Assembly: GCF_018350175.1 (NCBI RefSeq)
Contig: NC_058368.1
Coordinates: 134,480,001-134,544,000, forward strand
DNA length: 64,000 nt
Source of the DNA: Felis catus
Lineage: Eukaryota
Direction: 5' to 3'
The position numbers and the translations under genes are program-made. Shown in pieces: positions 22,901-36,120 of the stretch. The number at the start of each line of letters is the position of its first letter. The stretch's first letter is position 1. The notes under the pieces are model-generated. The model was not told where the DNA came from. It did not search any database and saw nothing but the letters and a program-made list of their open reading frames with translations.

Positions 22901-23385
22901 ATCATTTGTGCTTCCTTTGTAATGTGTTTTTTAAAAATTCTGCTATAATTTACCATGTTTCTTCATGCTGTGGATATTTTTATGCCATAATATCAAGCAG
23001 AAACAGATTTTTTACCTATCTAAGTTTAAGGAAGAATATCTAGAAAAGACTCACCTGAGAGCTAGAATCATAAGGGAAGGGATTCCTTATGTATGTAATT
23101 TATTTTCATAATGAATTTACTCATTATTTTATTACTGTAAAATGAAAAATGTTCAGTGTAGAATATTATGGAAACACAGAAAACTTTAAAGGAAAACAAC
23201 CCACCTATATTCTGACTACTTAATTTAAACCATTTTAATATTTGTTACACGTTCTAAACTTTTTCTGTAGAATATCTATATGTACGAATGGGTATATTTA
23301 TAAGTTATATTTTTCGTGATATAAACATACTCTATCATATTGTAAATATTATACCAAATCAATTAATTTTATCTACATATTTTAA

Positions 23386-23850
23386 AAATATTTTTTAGGG
23401 GCGCCTGGGTGGCGCAGTCGGTTGAGCGTCCGACTTCAGCCAGGTCACGATCTCGCGGTCCGTGAGTTCGAGCCCCCCGTCGGGCTCTGGGCTGATGGCT
23501 CAGAGCCTGGAGCCTGTTTCCGATTCTGTGTCTCCCTCTCTCTCTGCCCCTCCCCCGTTCATGCTCTGTCTCTCTCTGTCCCAAAAATAAATAAACGTTG
23601 AAAAAAAAAATTAAAAAAAAAAAATAAAAATAAATAAAAAATAAAAATATTTTTTAATGTTCTTTTTTGAAAGAGTGAGTAAGCATGAGCAGGGGAGGAG
23701 CAGAGAGAGAGGGAGACACAGAACCCGAAGCGGGCTCCAGGCTCTGAGCTGTCAGCACAGAGCCTGACGCGGGACTCAAACCCACGAACTGTGAGATCAT
23801 GACCTGAGCTGAGGTCGGAGGTTTAACCGAGTGAGCCACCCAGGTGCCCC
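23386..23850 (-). mobile_element. Can-SINE (outer), tail interrupted by a younger SINE
   Basis: Body 23657-23850; perfect 14-bp TSD tctacatattttaa at 23372-23385 and 23851-23864. Confidence 0.93.
23398..23641 (+). mobile_element. Very young SINEC_Fc-like SINE (inner)
   Basis: TSD taaaaatatttttta at 23383-23397 and 23642-23656; near-identical to the 8426 copy. Confidence 0.97.
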
Positions 23851-24366
23851 TCTACATATTTTAATGGCTACACAGTACTGTTAATTTTCTATAGATACAC
23901 AAAATAGTTAGCAAATAACCAATTGCTGGCAATTGAGATAGAATTTCTCATTTAAAAAATAACTTTTTTGTCCATGTATTCAATTATATCCTTAGGCTAA
24001 GCATCTGGAATTTCAATTAATGAATGAAAATACTTACACAGAAAGTTTACTTTCAGTAATGGCATGATGTTGTTGGCTGATCCCTCTCTGAGAAAAAAAG
24101 AATAAAATATGACAGGATTATTTAAGACAAATTTTTTAGGGCACTGGAAAATGACCAAAAGTAGATAAGTCTTTGAATAGTATTTACTTCTGGAAAAATT
24201 ACCACCACATTGGGTAAGAATGGCTATTAGCGGCCTTGTTTCCCGGGGAAATTTTGATCCCACCTCACCACAGCATGAGTGTTAAACATCTACAGTTTTA
24301 CCAGGCAGAGGTGGCAGCTTAAGGAAAGATGGCGGAGAAACTTGAAGTTTAAGATTTGAAAGAGAA

Positions 24367-24585
24367 GGGCACCTGGGTGGCTTGGTTCGGTTAAGCATGG
24401 GGCTCTTAATCTCATCTCAGGTCATGAATCGTGATGGGTGAACTTGAACCCAGTGTCAGGCTTTGAGCTGACAGCATGAAGCCTGCTTGGGATTCTCTCT
24501 CTCTCCTTCTCTCTTGGCTCCTCCTCTGCTGGCACGTGCTCTCTCTCTCTCTCTCTCTCAAAATAAATAAATTTTAAAAAACAAA
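24367..24585 (+). mobile_element. Can-SINE
   Basis: Head gggcacctgggtggc, (CT)n body and A-rich tail. Confidence 0.92.
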
Positions 24586-24654
24586 ATATTTAGAAGAAAG
24601 ATAGAGGCAGAGAAGACCAGAATAAATTAATTCTTCTTACATTCTTGCATGTCT

Positions 24655-25085
24655 GTTATACTATATATAGTGTATATACAGTGTATATCTACTGTATATA
24701 TACATATATACACTATATGCATACAGTAGATATACATATATACACTACATGCATACAGTAGATATACATATATACCCTATATGCATATAGTAGATATACA
24801 TATATACTGTAAATATGCAGTGTATATATACATGTACATATATAGTGTATATATAGTTTATATAGTATATATGTATGTATATATAGTGTATATATGTGTA
24901 TATATAGTATATATGTGTGTAGTGAATATATATGTATATGTATGATATACTACATACATATTTAAATACATATATAGTATATGTATATATATACATACAG
25001 TATATATACTCTCTCTATATATATATATATATATAGTATACAGTATACATACATACATATATGTGTGTGTATGTATGTATGTAGA
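24655..25085. repeat. Degenerate (TA)/(TATG)/(TACA) microsatellite, ~430 bp
   Basis: Directly visible alternating purine-pyrimidine low-complexity tract. Confidence 0.95.
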
Positions 25086-25785
25086 TGTCAGGGATTCCAG
25101 AAAGCCTTGGGAGAATTATGAACTTGCTGTGCCTTTTATTGCAGTCTTCAACACACACAGCTTGGTCAGCAGAAGGTAGAAGACTTACAGTCTTGAGGTG
25201 TCTGAACACAATCTCTGCCCAAATAATGGGCTAATAGCTGATCTGTAAAAGTACAGGGAAGACCGTTATTGAACCCAGACATTCTCACCTTCCTCCCCAA
25301 AATACTAAGCAAAATCATCAGTGGCTCACACTGCAGAGGAGACAGATTTTGCAGTTTAAATCACGAAGTTAACTATTAACTGAAATTAAAAAGCCTACAA
25401 ACCTCAGAATAACATAAAATAGATGGTGGAATTGTACAGTTATTATCCACAGTGTACAATTTTCAATAAAAACACTACCAGCTATGTAAGGAAATGTGAA
25501 AATGTACCCTGTTTTCCTAGGGGCAAAATGGAAGTCCGTAAAGTCTGACGGAGTGGTCCCAGGTATTGAATTTAGCAAACAAAGACCTCAAAGCAGCTAT
25601 TGAAGTATTCAAAGAGTTGGAAGAAAGCATGCCAAGTTCTCTTAATTTGTTAATGACTCAATAGGAAATAGAAACTATGGAAAGAAAAACAAGTGGATAT
25701 TCCAAACTAAAATTTACAATAAGTTGAAACCCTTACTCAATCAGTTAAATCACAAATTTGAGATGGCAGATAAAGAATGTCATAA

Positions 25786-25901
25786 TTTATTTTATTTTTG
25801 TTAAAGTTGATTTATTTTTCAGAGAGAGACAGCCTGAGTGGGGAGGGGCAGAGAGAGAGACAGAGGGAGGGACTGAACCCCAAGCAGGCTCTGTGCTGTC
25901 A
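25786..25901 (-). mobile_element. Can-SINE fragment lacking its 5' head
   Basis: Tail and body present, stops at ...caggctctgtgctgtca; no TSD seen. Confidence 0.85.
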
Positions 25902-26009
25902 TATTTCATTAGTCCCACAGACCAGCCCTTATACAATGTGGGAGAGGGTTACACAAAGTTGTATGTACAGAAAATAAGGACTGTTTGGACCACTTAAAGT
26001 ATGGCTCAC
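25902..26009 (-). mobile_element. MaLR (MLT1E/F-like) LTR fragment
   Basis: atttcattagtcccacagaccagcccttatacaatgtgggagagggttacacaaag resembles the reverse of an MLT1 LTR 5' part. Confidence 0.6.
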
Positions 26010-28790
26010 TTAAATGGGTGGGTCTATTTCTAGACCCTGTTTCCTATTTCAATAATTAGTTTCTACATTGTCATTTACCATTTACTTTCGCTATTACCAC
26101 GTTGTGTTAATTTCTGTAGCTTTATATTGTCTTAAAATTAGGTAGTATAAATCCTTCAACACGTTTTTCCTTAATATAATTTTGGATATTCTAGGTCTTT
26201 AAGTTCCCATATAAACTTGCAGTTAACTTGCCAATTTCTAAAAGAAAAAAAAAGCTGTTGAAATTTTGGTTCAGAACTTTTATAATCTATAGATGAATTT
26301 CAGATAAAATGCCACCTTAATGGTTTTGAATCTTCTAATGTATGAATACAGTGTGTTTCCCAATTTATGCAGGTTGTCTTTAAATTCTCTTGCACACAGT
26401 GGTAAATAGAAATAGTGGGGGACTTTTTTTCTGTCTTATTCCCAGTCTAAGACAGAATCTTTTTTTCTGTATTTAGTTTTGTGACTGAAAATAAATAAAT
26501 AAATAAATGGGTAGTGAATTTACATTTATTAAGATGATTTTTTTTTATTCTCTTTTCTTTTAAATTGTTGAATAACGTTGATTGACTTTTGAATGCTAAA
26601 GCAAATTTGCATTCCTGAGATAAACATTTTTGGTCTTGATGCAGCATTCTGAATATATATTGCAAGCTTGAATTTGTTAAATTGTTGTGAATTTTTACAC
26701 CTATAATTTTTCAATGCAATACCTTTGTCTGGTTTCAGTATTGGATTATGCCAGCCTCATTACAAGAGTTGGGAGATGGTCCCTTCTCATTTCTGAACAG
26801 AATATGTATAAATTGTATCATTTTTAGAATTCACCAGGGAAGCCGTCTGGGTGTGGAGTTTTTCTTTATGAAAGTTTCTGATTACAAATTCCATTTCCAT
26901 AATAGATAATGGGCTATTTAGATTCATTTCTCTTTGTTTCTTATTTCTTCTTACTGCCCCTACTTATTTCTCTTTGTTTTATTTCATTGTGTCAGTTTTG
27001 AAGTGTATTCTTCAATGAAATTTAATTTTTTATCTAAAATTTCAGTTTTTGTAGCATACATCTCTTACAAACCCTCTCTTGTTATCTTCTTAATTTATAG
27101 ATCATGTATTGGGATGTTCTGTTTCATCCCCCCCATCTAGGATTTATCAATTTTATTAATCATTTTTAAAGTTAATTCTTATTTTATTTTCTGTTTGTTA
27201 TGTCATTTATTTCTCTTCTTGATTTTATTATTTTCCTTTTACTACTTAGACTTCAATTTGCCTTTTTTTCCTTGTTAATATGAAAGCTAAGTTTGTAGAT
27301 TTTAAATATTTAAATATCTTTTCTAATATATGCATTCATGATGTAAGTTTCCATGCACTCACTGTTAGTTGCCATATATTTTGAGAAGTTGTGCTGTTCA
27401 TTTCAACATATTTTCTGATTTCCCTTGCATTTTCATCTTTATCCATGGGTTAGAATTATGTTATTTAGGGGCACCTGGGTGGCTCTGTTGGTTGAGCATC
27501 CAACTTCGGCTTAGGTCATCATCCCAGGGTTCATGGGTTCAAACCCCGCATCAGGCTCACTGCTGTCAGAGAAGAGCCCACTTTAGATCTTCTGTCTCTC
27601 TCTCTGCCCCCTTCCCCCTCTTGTGCTGTCTCTCTCTCTCAAAAATAAATAAACATGAAGAAAAAGTATGTTTAGTTTCCATATATAGATTTTCAGATTT
27701 TTCAGATATTTTTGTTGTGAATTTCTGATTTACTTATGTTGAAGTAAGAACACATAGGATTTTAATCCTTGACAATTTATTGAGTGTCATTTATTAATAA
27801 GAATTTGTTAATCTATGGATGCTCTATGAGCACCTCAAAGAAATACATGTTCATGAAAAGAATAAATGCTTGTGAAAGGAACATATATTATGAACTTGTT
27901 TAATACAGTGTTCTATAAATATCAGATCAATATATTTCATAGTGCAGTTAAAATACTATTATCTTATGGATTTTTTTTCATTTGTTCTATCAAATACTGA
28001 GAAAGAAATGTTTAAAGCTTCCAATGAAAGTTAATGGATGTGTCTATTTGTCCCTTCAGTTCTGTCACTATTTGTTTCATATTTTGAAGCTTTGTTTTTA
28101 GGTGCATGCACAGTTAGGATTGCTATGTCTTCCTGGTGTCTATGTTTGTTTCTAAAGCTAATTCTTAAAGTCTTTATTGTCTGACATTGATGTTAGCCAC
28201 TCCAAGTTCCTTTTGAGTAGCGTTAAATGGTATATCTTTTCAAATCTTTTACTTGTAATCTGTGTCTTTGTAATTTAAGTACATCTGTTGTAAACATTGT
28301 ATAAGTTAAGTTTACTGTATTTATCCCATCTGCAATTTTATCCCTTCTAATCAAAAAATTTCATCCATTCACATTTAGTGTGATTATTGATATGGTTGTG
28401 TTTAAGTGTACTATTTTGTTATTTATTTTTTACTTGACCAGTCTGTTTTTGGTTATTCATCCTCCCCTCCTTTCTTCTTTGAATTATCATTTATTTATTA
28501 TTATTCCACTTTATCTTTTTTATTGTGTTTTTAGTTACATAATTTTGTTTGAATGTATGTGATTACTTGCTTTAGGAATTACAACATGCATCTTTAACTA
28601 TCATAGTCTAATTTAAAGTAGTAGCATGCTATTTTACATATAAAATTAAAATTTACAACACTATATTTTGTTTATTTCCTCTTGCATTTTGTCTTATTGC
28701 TGTCATATATTTTGATTATGATAATTTATAAGCCCATAAATGCATTGTTATTGTTTTTGCATTAAATAGTCAATTATTTTTGAAGAATTT
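26010..28790 (-). mobile_element. Old L1 ORF2 to inter-ORF remnant
   Basis: Antisense L1 text (tagaattcaccagggaagccgtctgg; ttcacatttagtgtgattattgatatggttg). Confidence 0.85.
27468..27665 (+). mobile_element. Can-SINE
   Basis: Head ggggcacctgggtggctc, tail aaaaataaataaac. Confidence 0.93.
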
Positions 28791-28794
28791 TGAA

Positions 28795-29588
28795 AGTGTA
28801 GTGTTGAATAATATTCCATGGTATAGATACATAATCTTTTATTAATTCATTCAATTGAAGAACATTCTGAGTTTTTTTTTTTTTCCATTTTTTGTCTATT
28901 ATGAATAATGCTGCTTTGAACATTTGTGTGGACTTTTTTATGTGGTCATGTTTTCATTTCTCTTGGGTATATAGCTAGGGGAAATTTCTGGGTTATAAGG
29001 TACTTCTCAATTTTGAGGAATTACCACAGTGTTTTCAGAATAGCAATACCATTTTACATTCCCACTAGCAGTGTGTAGGGCTTCCAATTTCTCCACATCC
29101 TCACCAACATCTGTTGTTACCTATATTTCTGACTCTCACCATCCCAGTGGGTATGGTTTGGTATTTCATTGTGGCTTTGATTTTTATGTCCTTAAAGCTA
29201 ATTACGTTGAGCATCTTTTCATGACCGCATTAGCCATTTGTTACATATCCTAGATACAAGTCTCTTAACAGATAGGTGATTTGCAAATATTTCTTCCATT
29301 CTCTAGGCTGTCTTTCCACTTCCTTGATGGTATTCTTTGGAACACAAAATTCTTTTTTATTTTGATGCAGTCCAATTTATCTCTTTTTCTTTCTTTTTTT
29401 ATTTGTGCTTTTAGTGTCCTATCTAGGAAGGCTTTAACCCACAGTCATGAAGATTTATTCCTACATTTTTACTCCTATATTTTATCTAAGGAGAAGTCTA
29501 GCTTCATTGTTTTGCATGTGGATACTATTTGCCCCAGCACCTTTTGTTGTAAAGACTATTCTTCCTCCTTGAATTGTCTTGACCTCTG
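28795..29588 (-). mobile_element. L1 (L1MA/MB-like) ORF2 3' region
   Basis: taccattttacattcccactagcagtgtgtagggcttccaatttctccacatcctcaccaaca. Confidence 0.88.
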
Positions 29589-29675
29589 AAGCAGATTTTT
29601 TTAATCTTCACATTTACTGATGAAAATTATTGGTCTTGCCTTGTTGACTTGTCTACTCTTTAAAAAATATATGTT

Positions 29676-29880
29676 GGAGGCACCTGGGTGACCCAGTCAG
29701 TTAAGCAACTGACTCTTGGTTTTGGCTCAGGTCATGATCTCACAGTTCTTGGGTTTAAGCCCTTTGTTGGGCTCCATGCTAACAGTGCAGAGACTGTTTG
29801 GAATTCTCTGTCTCCCTTTCTCTCTCTCTGCCCCTCTCCTACTCACATTCTCCCTCTTTCAAAATAAATAAACTTTAAAA
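29676..29880 (+). mobile_element. Can-SINE
   Basis: Head ggaggcacctgggtgacccagtcagttaag, A-rich tail. Confidence 0.92.
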
Positions 29881-31229
29881 AAAATCTTTGTAGGCTAAGT
29901 GGACCTGAGATATGTTTCCATAGAGAAGCTGAAACTGTCTTCTGCCTTACCAGGTGTCTTCCTATGGATTTAGCCTCAAAGCCTTGGCCTTGCTGAATGG
30001 CAGCCATTGTTTTAATTCCATACTATTCTCCCTACTTTCATAGGATAGTGGGACAGTTGTAAGCAAGACACCACTGACTGACATTATTCCAAGAGCAGTT
30101 CTCACTTCACTTTTTAAGAAAGCATATTTTGGGTAATGAGACCTTTGTAAGAGTGAGAGGTTGCTATTAGATCATGTGCAAAGTCAAGATCCAAAATGGA
30201 TGAGACCAACATTATGTTAAAAAATTATGTAAAAAAAAAATTTATCCTGACAACTCCCAGGCCTCAAACCTGTTCCTAAATATATTTTTCACAGCTAGAG
30301 CCCCTCCTAAAGTTAAGATGCTCTGATTTTAAGTCCCTTGTGTTTATTTGTTTTCACAGAAAGGACTCAGTATTACAATGGACTCATATCCTCCCTCTGT
30401 TCCTTGCAGAGAGGGACAATTAGGCTGAAAAACTGTGCTTCCATTGCCAAATTGCCCCCCTATTACTGTAGCACCAAGATACCTACCAATTCAAGGTCAA
30501 AAGTGACCCTGTTTGCACCCTCTTTTTTATCCATCACCTTCATAGTATTTTGCATTATTGACAACTAACTTCATATTCAGTTTGAGAAGGTTGTATAACA
30601 AAGGAAATAAACAGGGAATTCCTACATGAGGCATTGCTTCTTATCATTCATTAAATGATCTGAATCTTCATTCAAGAAGTGTTGATTCAACGTAAGCTAC
30701 TGGTTAACAGTGTGGTGTGTGTCCCCTCACTCAAGGACCATCCTCACTCAAGGATAACACTGTGGAGGTTATATCCCCTCGCTTATGGATCACACCAACT
30801 CATTGATGAGAGTTGGTGTGATCCCAAACACATTTAATGCATCCCAAACAATTTAAACCTACCATAGAGGAGCATGTAGACAAGGGCCAGAATGAACTAG
30901 AAGAGAAAGGTTCATTGAGAACTATTTGGTGCAAAGCCTAGACCATGGCTGTGGTTAGTAAATGTTTCCCTTATCAATATTGATAAAATCAAGGAAGATA
31001 ATAGTGTGTCAAGTGTGAGTCAAAATGAAAGTGGTATTTGAGATCACTCGGTTCTAAACTGGAAGAAGGAATTCTTCTTTAGTTTCCTGGAAGAGCCTTT
31101 GAGAGAATTATTTCCATTTTGAGCATATTTAACTGGTTTTGTAAAATCACAAAAGGCAGAGCTGTAAAACTCTATCTAGATTCCTAGAGTAGCTGAAAGT
31201 GACTTTGCATTTCAAAAAGCGGCTGAGAA

Positions 31230-31450
31230 AGATTAATAAGAACGTCAGTCTTGAAGTCACCTGTCCTGGGTTTGAATTCTTATTCTTCCATGGGGCATCT
31301 GTGCCATCGGTTTTTTAATAGTAGGGTTTCAGTTATTTTGTCTGTAAAATGAAAATAAAAATCCTTATCTCCTAGAGTTACTGTGAGATTTGGTGTTAAC
31401 ATAAAAGAGAGTGATTGATGTCTGTTAGATACTGACTAAATTACCAATGA
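31230..31450 (+). mobile_element. MIR
   Basis: cctgggtttgaattc...tctgtaaaatg...ctagagttactgtgagatt. Confidence 0.75.
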
Positions 31451-32014
31451 ATATGGACTTAATAGTTAAATACAAATTAAGTTTTTTCTTAGTTTGCATT
31501 CCTCTCCTTCCCTAATCTACACTTAGATGAAATAAATTAATGGTGTCATTAACTTTTGCTTCACGTAATTTATGTTTGAACCTCAAGTCTAAAGCAAAGT
31601 CAACTGTATTGAAGTCCCCTAGGAAGACATGAATACCGTTCAGTAATCACAAAGAAGAGAATGGGTCCCATTTATAGCAGGGCAGCAAAAGAGCTCATAG
31701 AAAAAAATATGTTGTCTAATGACCCTTTTCCAAAAAAGCAGTTTTGGGGGCACTCTGATAAAAATTCAGAAGTCTACAGTACAGTGGACAATTGACACAT
31801 TTGAACATGTCCCATGTTTGCAGGAATCTCTCTCATTTTGAGTACTTGTATCCATATGTCCAGAGGCAGGCATATGCCCTTCTACTCATTACTCAGGGCC
31901 TTTGAAATTTCTATTTGGAAGCCAGTAACATGAAAGAGAAGCAAGAGCCATAGAAACCCATTTGGTAACTATACTGGACCCAGTTTTTATACTCTCCCTG
32001 GATTCACTCATCCA

Positions 32015-32380
32015 TGTTGTAATATAGCAAACACTCTGTTTGGTCTTTGTCCCCAGGTAGGCACATGCTTACTCCAGGGGCTCAGATTCTCTTGGAACAG
32101 AACTTCAAAAAACTTTGAGAACTCCTGAGTACTAAGAAGGTCTTTTGTTACTCATAAAGAGCTCTTTTGGATCACATCTGAGTATATGCTAATAAAGTGA
32201 CTCAAGGCTGTGACCGTAGATATCTTTAGGATGGGGTCTTCTGCCAGAAAAACTGACATGTTAAGAGGGTGGGGATTTCAGCTCTATTTCTTGACTCCCA
32301 GAGAAGGAAGGGTGGCTAGAGGCTGACTTCAGTCGTATAGCCAATGATTTAATCAACCATGCCTACATAATGTAAGCATG
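32015..32380 (-). mobile_element. LTR, MER21-like
   Basis: atcacatctgagtatatgctaataaagtgactc; gccaatgatttaatcaaccatgcctacataatg. Confidence 0.75.
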
Positions 32381-33314
32381 TAAGCTTTGCCTTAGGCTCT
32401 GTTTTCTAGGGAACCCAGGATAAGACAGAAGTAGCAGAACTCTATGTTGGAGGGAGCTGTGGCTGATGGCTTGGTGGTAATATCCCTTGTCTAATGTCAG
32501 CAACATAAACTGTAATACCTATGCCAACTTCAGGCAAGATGGGCTCCGTTGGAGTCATCTGAAAGCATGTTTGGTTATTGTCCCTGATTGTGTAACCCAG
32601 AAATGTGTTTTTATGCCCCTCCTAGAGATGTATTTACAGCTCAAAATCCTGTCTTATATGGAAAAATAAGAAACAACTACAAGCATTATTGGAATCAAAA
32701 ACTTCCTATTTTGGAGGTGATAGGATATCTTTATATAATGATGGTGACAGTGGCCTATATGTTTGTTTTAAAAAATGTCTTTGTTTGATAAAGTAAAAGT
32801 TGCCCTGATTTTCTAAAACAAAACAAAAAACAAAAACATACTTATGAAATTCAAAACTCATGGAACCACTGGATTTTCCCTTTAGGTAACAGGGTCCTCG
32901 CTATTCATTCTGTGGCTTTTCTTTGACCCAGATATAAGATGCACTGAGACTGCTCTTTTCCACAGCTATGAAAAGGAGTAATTAACTGGGGGCTTAGGGA
33001 TTATTGGTGAACTAGGGGAGGTGAGTAGGTTCTTCTTGTTAGATGTTCATTTGGGATACAACAGGGAAATTACTTACTAGATGGAGACTCTGAAAAAAAA
33101 ATTATAGAAGACATCTCCCTCATATAACAACTTTCTCTTTTCCTGTATCCTTTTGTCACTCAAACTGCAAAATATTAAATAATCAGGTCACCTGTGTCTG
33201 GTTTTAATAGGGCAGTACATTTACTGAGTCCATATCTTCCAAGTCTCCTCTGCTAAATGAGAGTATAATTTTTTTTTTGGTCTTGTTTTTAATAAAACTA
33301 TTGGAAACCAGAAG

Positions 33315-34420
33315 AGACAGAGTTCTGCAACAGTGGGGTGAAGAGGTAGGCTAATATCCCCACCACCAAAAGCATAACACTGGACAAAATTGTCAAAAAG
33401 AAAACCATTTCAGCGCTTGGGAAATTGACCAAAGCAAAGGCAAATGGCAGAAGTGAATAATTTCTTCATGAACAACTGCTAGAACTTCAGGTACACACAC
33501 TGAGAATCTTCAGTCATCTTGCTGGGGGCTGTATACTTCTACTACCCGGCAACATCTCACTTTGTGCTAGAATATTATCAGGGTGCGGCTATCCATGAAA
33601 ATCAGTAAGCTTGGTTGGCTTACATGATTTGGAGCAGATAAAGAAAATCCATACTTGGTAGTGTTGTCAATATAAGTAATGAACCTGGTAGACAGCAAAA
33701 AGGGAAAAGCAGAGCTCTGCTAGCCTGAGGCTCTAGTCTCAGTTGGTGAGAATGGTGGACCGGTCATAAGTTAAACGAGATCCTAGAGAAAATCATAGAA
33801 GAGATGTATAAGCACTTGTCATATCCCATCGTCATACATCTATAACTACTAACATGTGCAGGGGGGACCTGAGAAGTCTTGGCAGAAGGTAGAAGCTGGA
33901 ACAGACTTCACAGAAGCCTGAACTTTGATTGCATTTTCCAACCCACATACAGATCCACCAGAAAAGGGTAGGCACCTTAGGGATGGAACATTTAAGCACA
34001 ATATCTGCCTTACCACTGGCTCATCAATCAGCAAAAGAGATGCTATAGAGACTCCTGAGCCACCCCTAATAAGCCAGGTAAAAAAATGAAAATAAGAATT
34101 TTAAAAATCTGGGTGGATATATCAGTGGTTGCATACCTTCAGAGAGACAGATTCCACAAAATTAAACCCAGATGATTAAAAAGAAAATCCCCATTGGAGA
34201 AAATCAGAATCCAGTTTTGCTATAATGTATTATCTAAAATATTCAGCTTTCAACAACAAAATATGGAGACATTCAAAGAAATAAGAAGGTGTGAGCCTCA
34301 TTCAGGAAAAAAGTCAGTCAAATGTTGGTATTAGCAAAGAGGTCAAACAACTGTTATAAATATATCTAAAGAATTCAAGGAAAATATAATGACAATGTAA
34401 AAACAAATAAGGACACCCAA
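33315..34420 (+). mobile_element. Old L1 5' end (L1M4/L1ME-like) running into ORF1
   Basis: ctggacaaaattgtcaaaa...aaccatttcagcgcttgggaaattgaccaaag; tcagaatccag...tattatctaaaatattcagctttcaacaac. Confidence 0.7.
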
Positions 34421-35092
34421 CACTCAGGTCTTATTTTCTAATCCTTTTCTCCAATGTAAAGAAACAGAATCCTGGGAGAAATTGCTGAGGCTGGGAAATA
34501 ATACGGGATGAATCTGGAGTGATTTGTAGTGTGGGAAAGTGAGAAAGTAAGTACTCAAAAAAGAGGAAGGAGAAAGAAGAAAGAGAAGAAAGAAGAAGAA
34601 AAGAAAAACACAAAACATGTGAGAGATTCTCAGTCTCATACTCAGCCCACACTCTGCCTTCAAAAATTCTTTGGAAGTTCAGCTATTTTCTTCTGACCCT
34701 CATTTATGATTCATCTATCCTTCTTTTTGTGTTCTTCTAGAGATAAAAACAGTCGTGGTTCCCATCTCTGTTAGGAGAGATTGGTCCACTTTTGGATTTT
34801 AGTTCATCAGGTCACTTTCCAATTTCAGCTCTCTGGTGGGCTTAAAATAATAACAATTTTTCAATTTTCTGGCATTTTTCTGGGAGCAACATTCTCTTGT
34901 GACTTTCCACATCTTCGACATGAACTTTCTGTAAATGTTTGAAAGAGTTCTCAAGCTAAGTGATCTTCTAAAATTCTGTCGTGCAGTTTTTCCTTGCTGG
35001 AATCTTCTTCTGCTCCCTCTTTTTCAAGGAAATTTCTACTCCTCCTTCAAAACTGTAATCACCTGCCACTTTTCTTTATGAAATGTGTAACT

Positions 35093-35286
35093 CAGGGTTT
35101 TTCAACCTCACTATTGACATTTGAAACCAGAAAAAATCTGTGTTATAGAGTCTGTCCTGTGTATTATAGAATGTCTAGCAGCATCTCTGGTCTCCACTTA
35201 ATAGATGTTAGCTGTGTACCACACTTCCTCTCTGACTGTGACAACTAAAATTTTCTCCAGATATCCCCAGATATAGAGAATAACTG
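35093..35286 (-). mobile_element. MER20 (hAT-Charlie) DNA transposon
   Basis: cagggtttttcaacctcactattgacattt...tgtgacaactaaaattttctccaga...gagaataactg. Confidence 0.88.
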
Positions 35287-35944
35287 GTATACTTTGATCC
35301 TTCCTCTGGGATCAGGATAAGGAACTGCTCTTAAGTGCTTGTGCTCTTATATTATTTTCTATATACCTATTATATTGGCACTTACTCTATTTTCCTTTAT
35401 TTGCCTGTTTTTTCTCTTTCTCTCTGGCGTGCGCCCGTGCACACACATACACAACTTGTGTCAGGTGAAGTTATGTGATGATGAAGGTGAATGTTAAGAG
35501 GTGGAGAAAGTTGATGGGTGTGAGGATGTAAATAATTTGGAGGAACTAAAAAGAGCTAAAGATCTTTGAGAAAAGGAAAAGATACAGAGGGAATCGATGC
35601 ACGTGTATGTGTGTTTGTGCAGGCATGTGTACATGCACATATTTGTGTGTTGGCATGGAAAATGATGGGAAGGGGATATGGATCCATGCTGTAGAGGGGA
35701 ATGGGTTGGAGCCAGAGAAAGGAGAGTGATTAATGGAAAAAAAAGTTGTGAGGAAGATAATGTTTGGCAATTAAAGTGGTAATGTGAGGAAGTTAAAAAC
35801 ATCTATTCAGGTTTCTTACTGAGTTTTGCCCTGTACTATAAAATTGAACATTCTCATTTTACCTCAAAAATCTTTATTACTGTGGAGTTGTGTTTACTTT
35901 TTAAGATCGCACAGGAATCTCCAAGTCCTGCTTTGAAGTAGATA

Positions 35945-36120
35945 AGATGTTAACACTCCTAGGTGGGAGGGCTATGGTGTCCAGTCACTTGTTCTTAATT
36001 ATTTTTTTGCACTGTTGTCCTGCTCTATGTGCTGCTTGAAGGCAGGGTGTATCCCTAATATAGAGCAGAGTTTATGACCCATAGTAGATTCTCAATATCT
36101 GTTCTATAGGTACATGGATG
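35945..36120 (+). mobile_element. L2 3' end fragment
   Basis: catagtagattctcaatatctgtt resembles the L2 terminus. Confidence 0.55.

Larger units (their letters stand above)
24040..25785 (+). mobile_element. Old L1 5' UTR/ORF1 start remnants, interrupted by a SINE and a TA-rich repeat
   Basis: Resembles the L1 5' remnant at 33315-34420; gaatttagcaaacaaagacctcaaagcagctatt is typical of L1M ORF1. Confidence 0.65.

Noticed and set aside
24745..25209. Tyr/Ile-rich ORFs
   Set aside because: Translation of the TA-rich microsatellite
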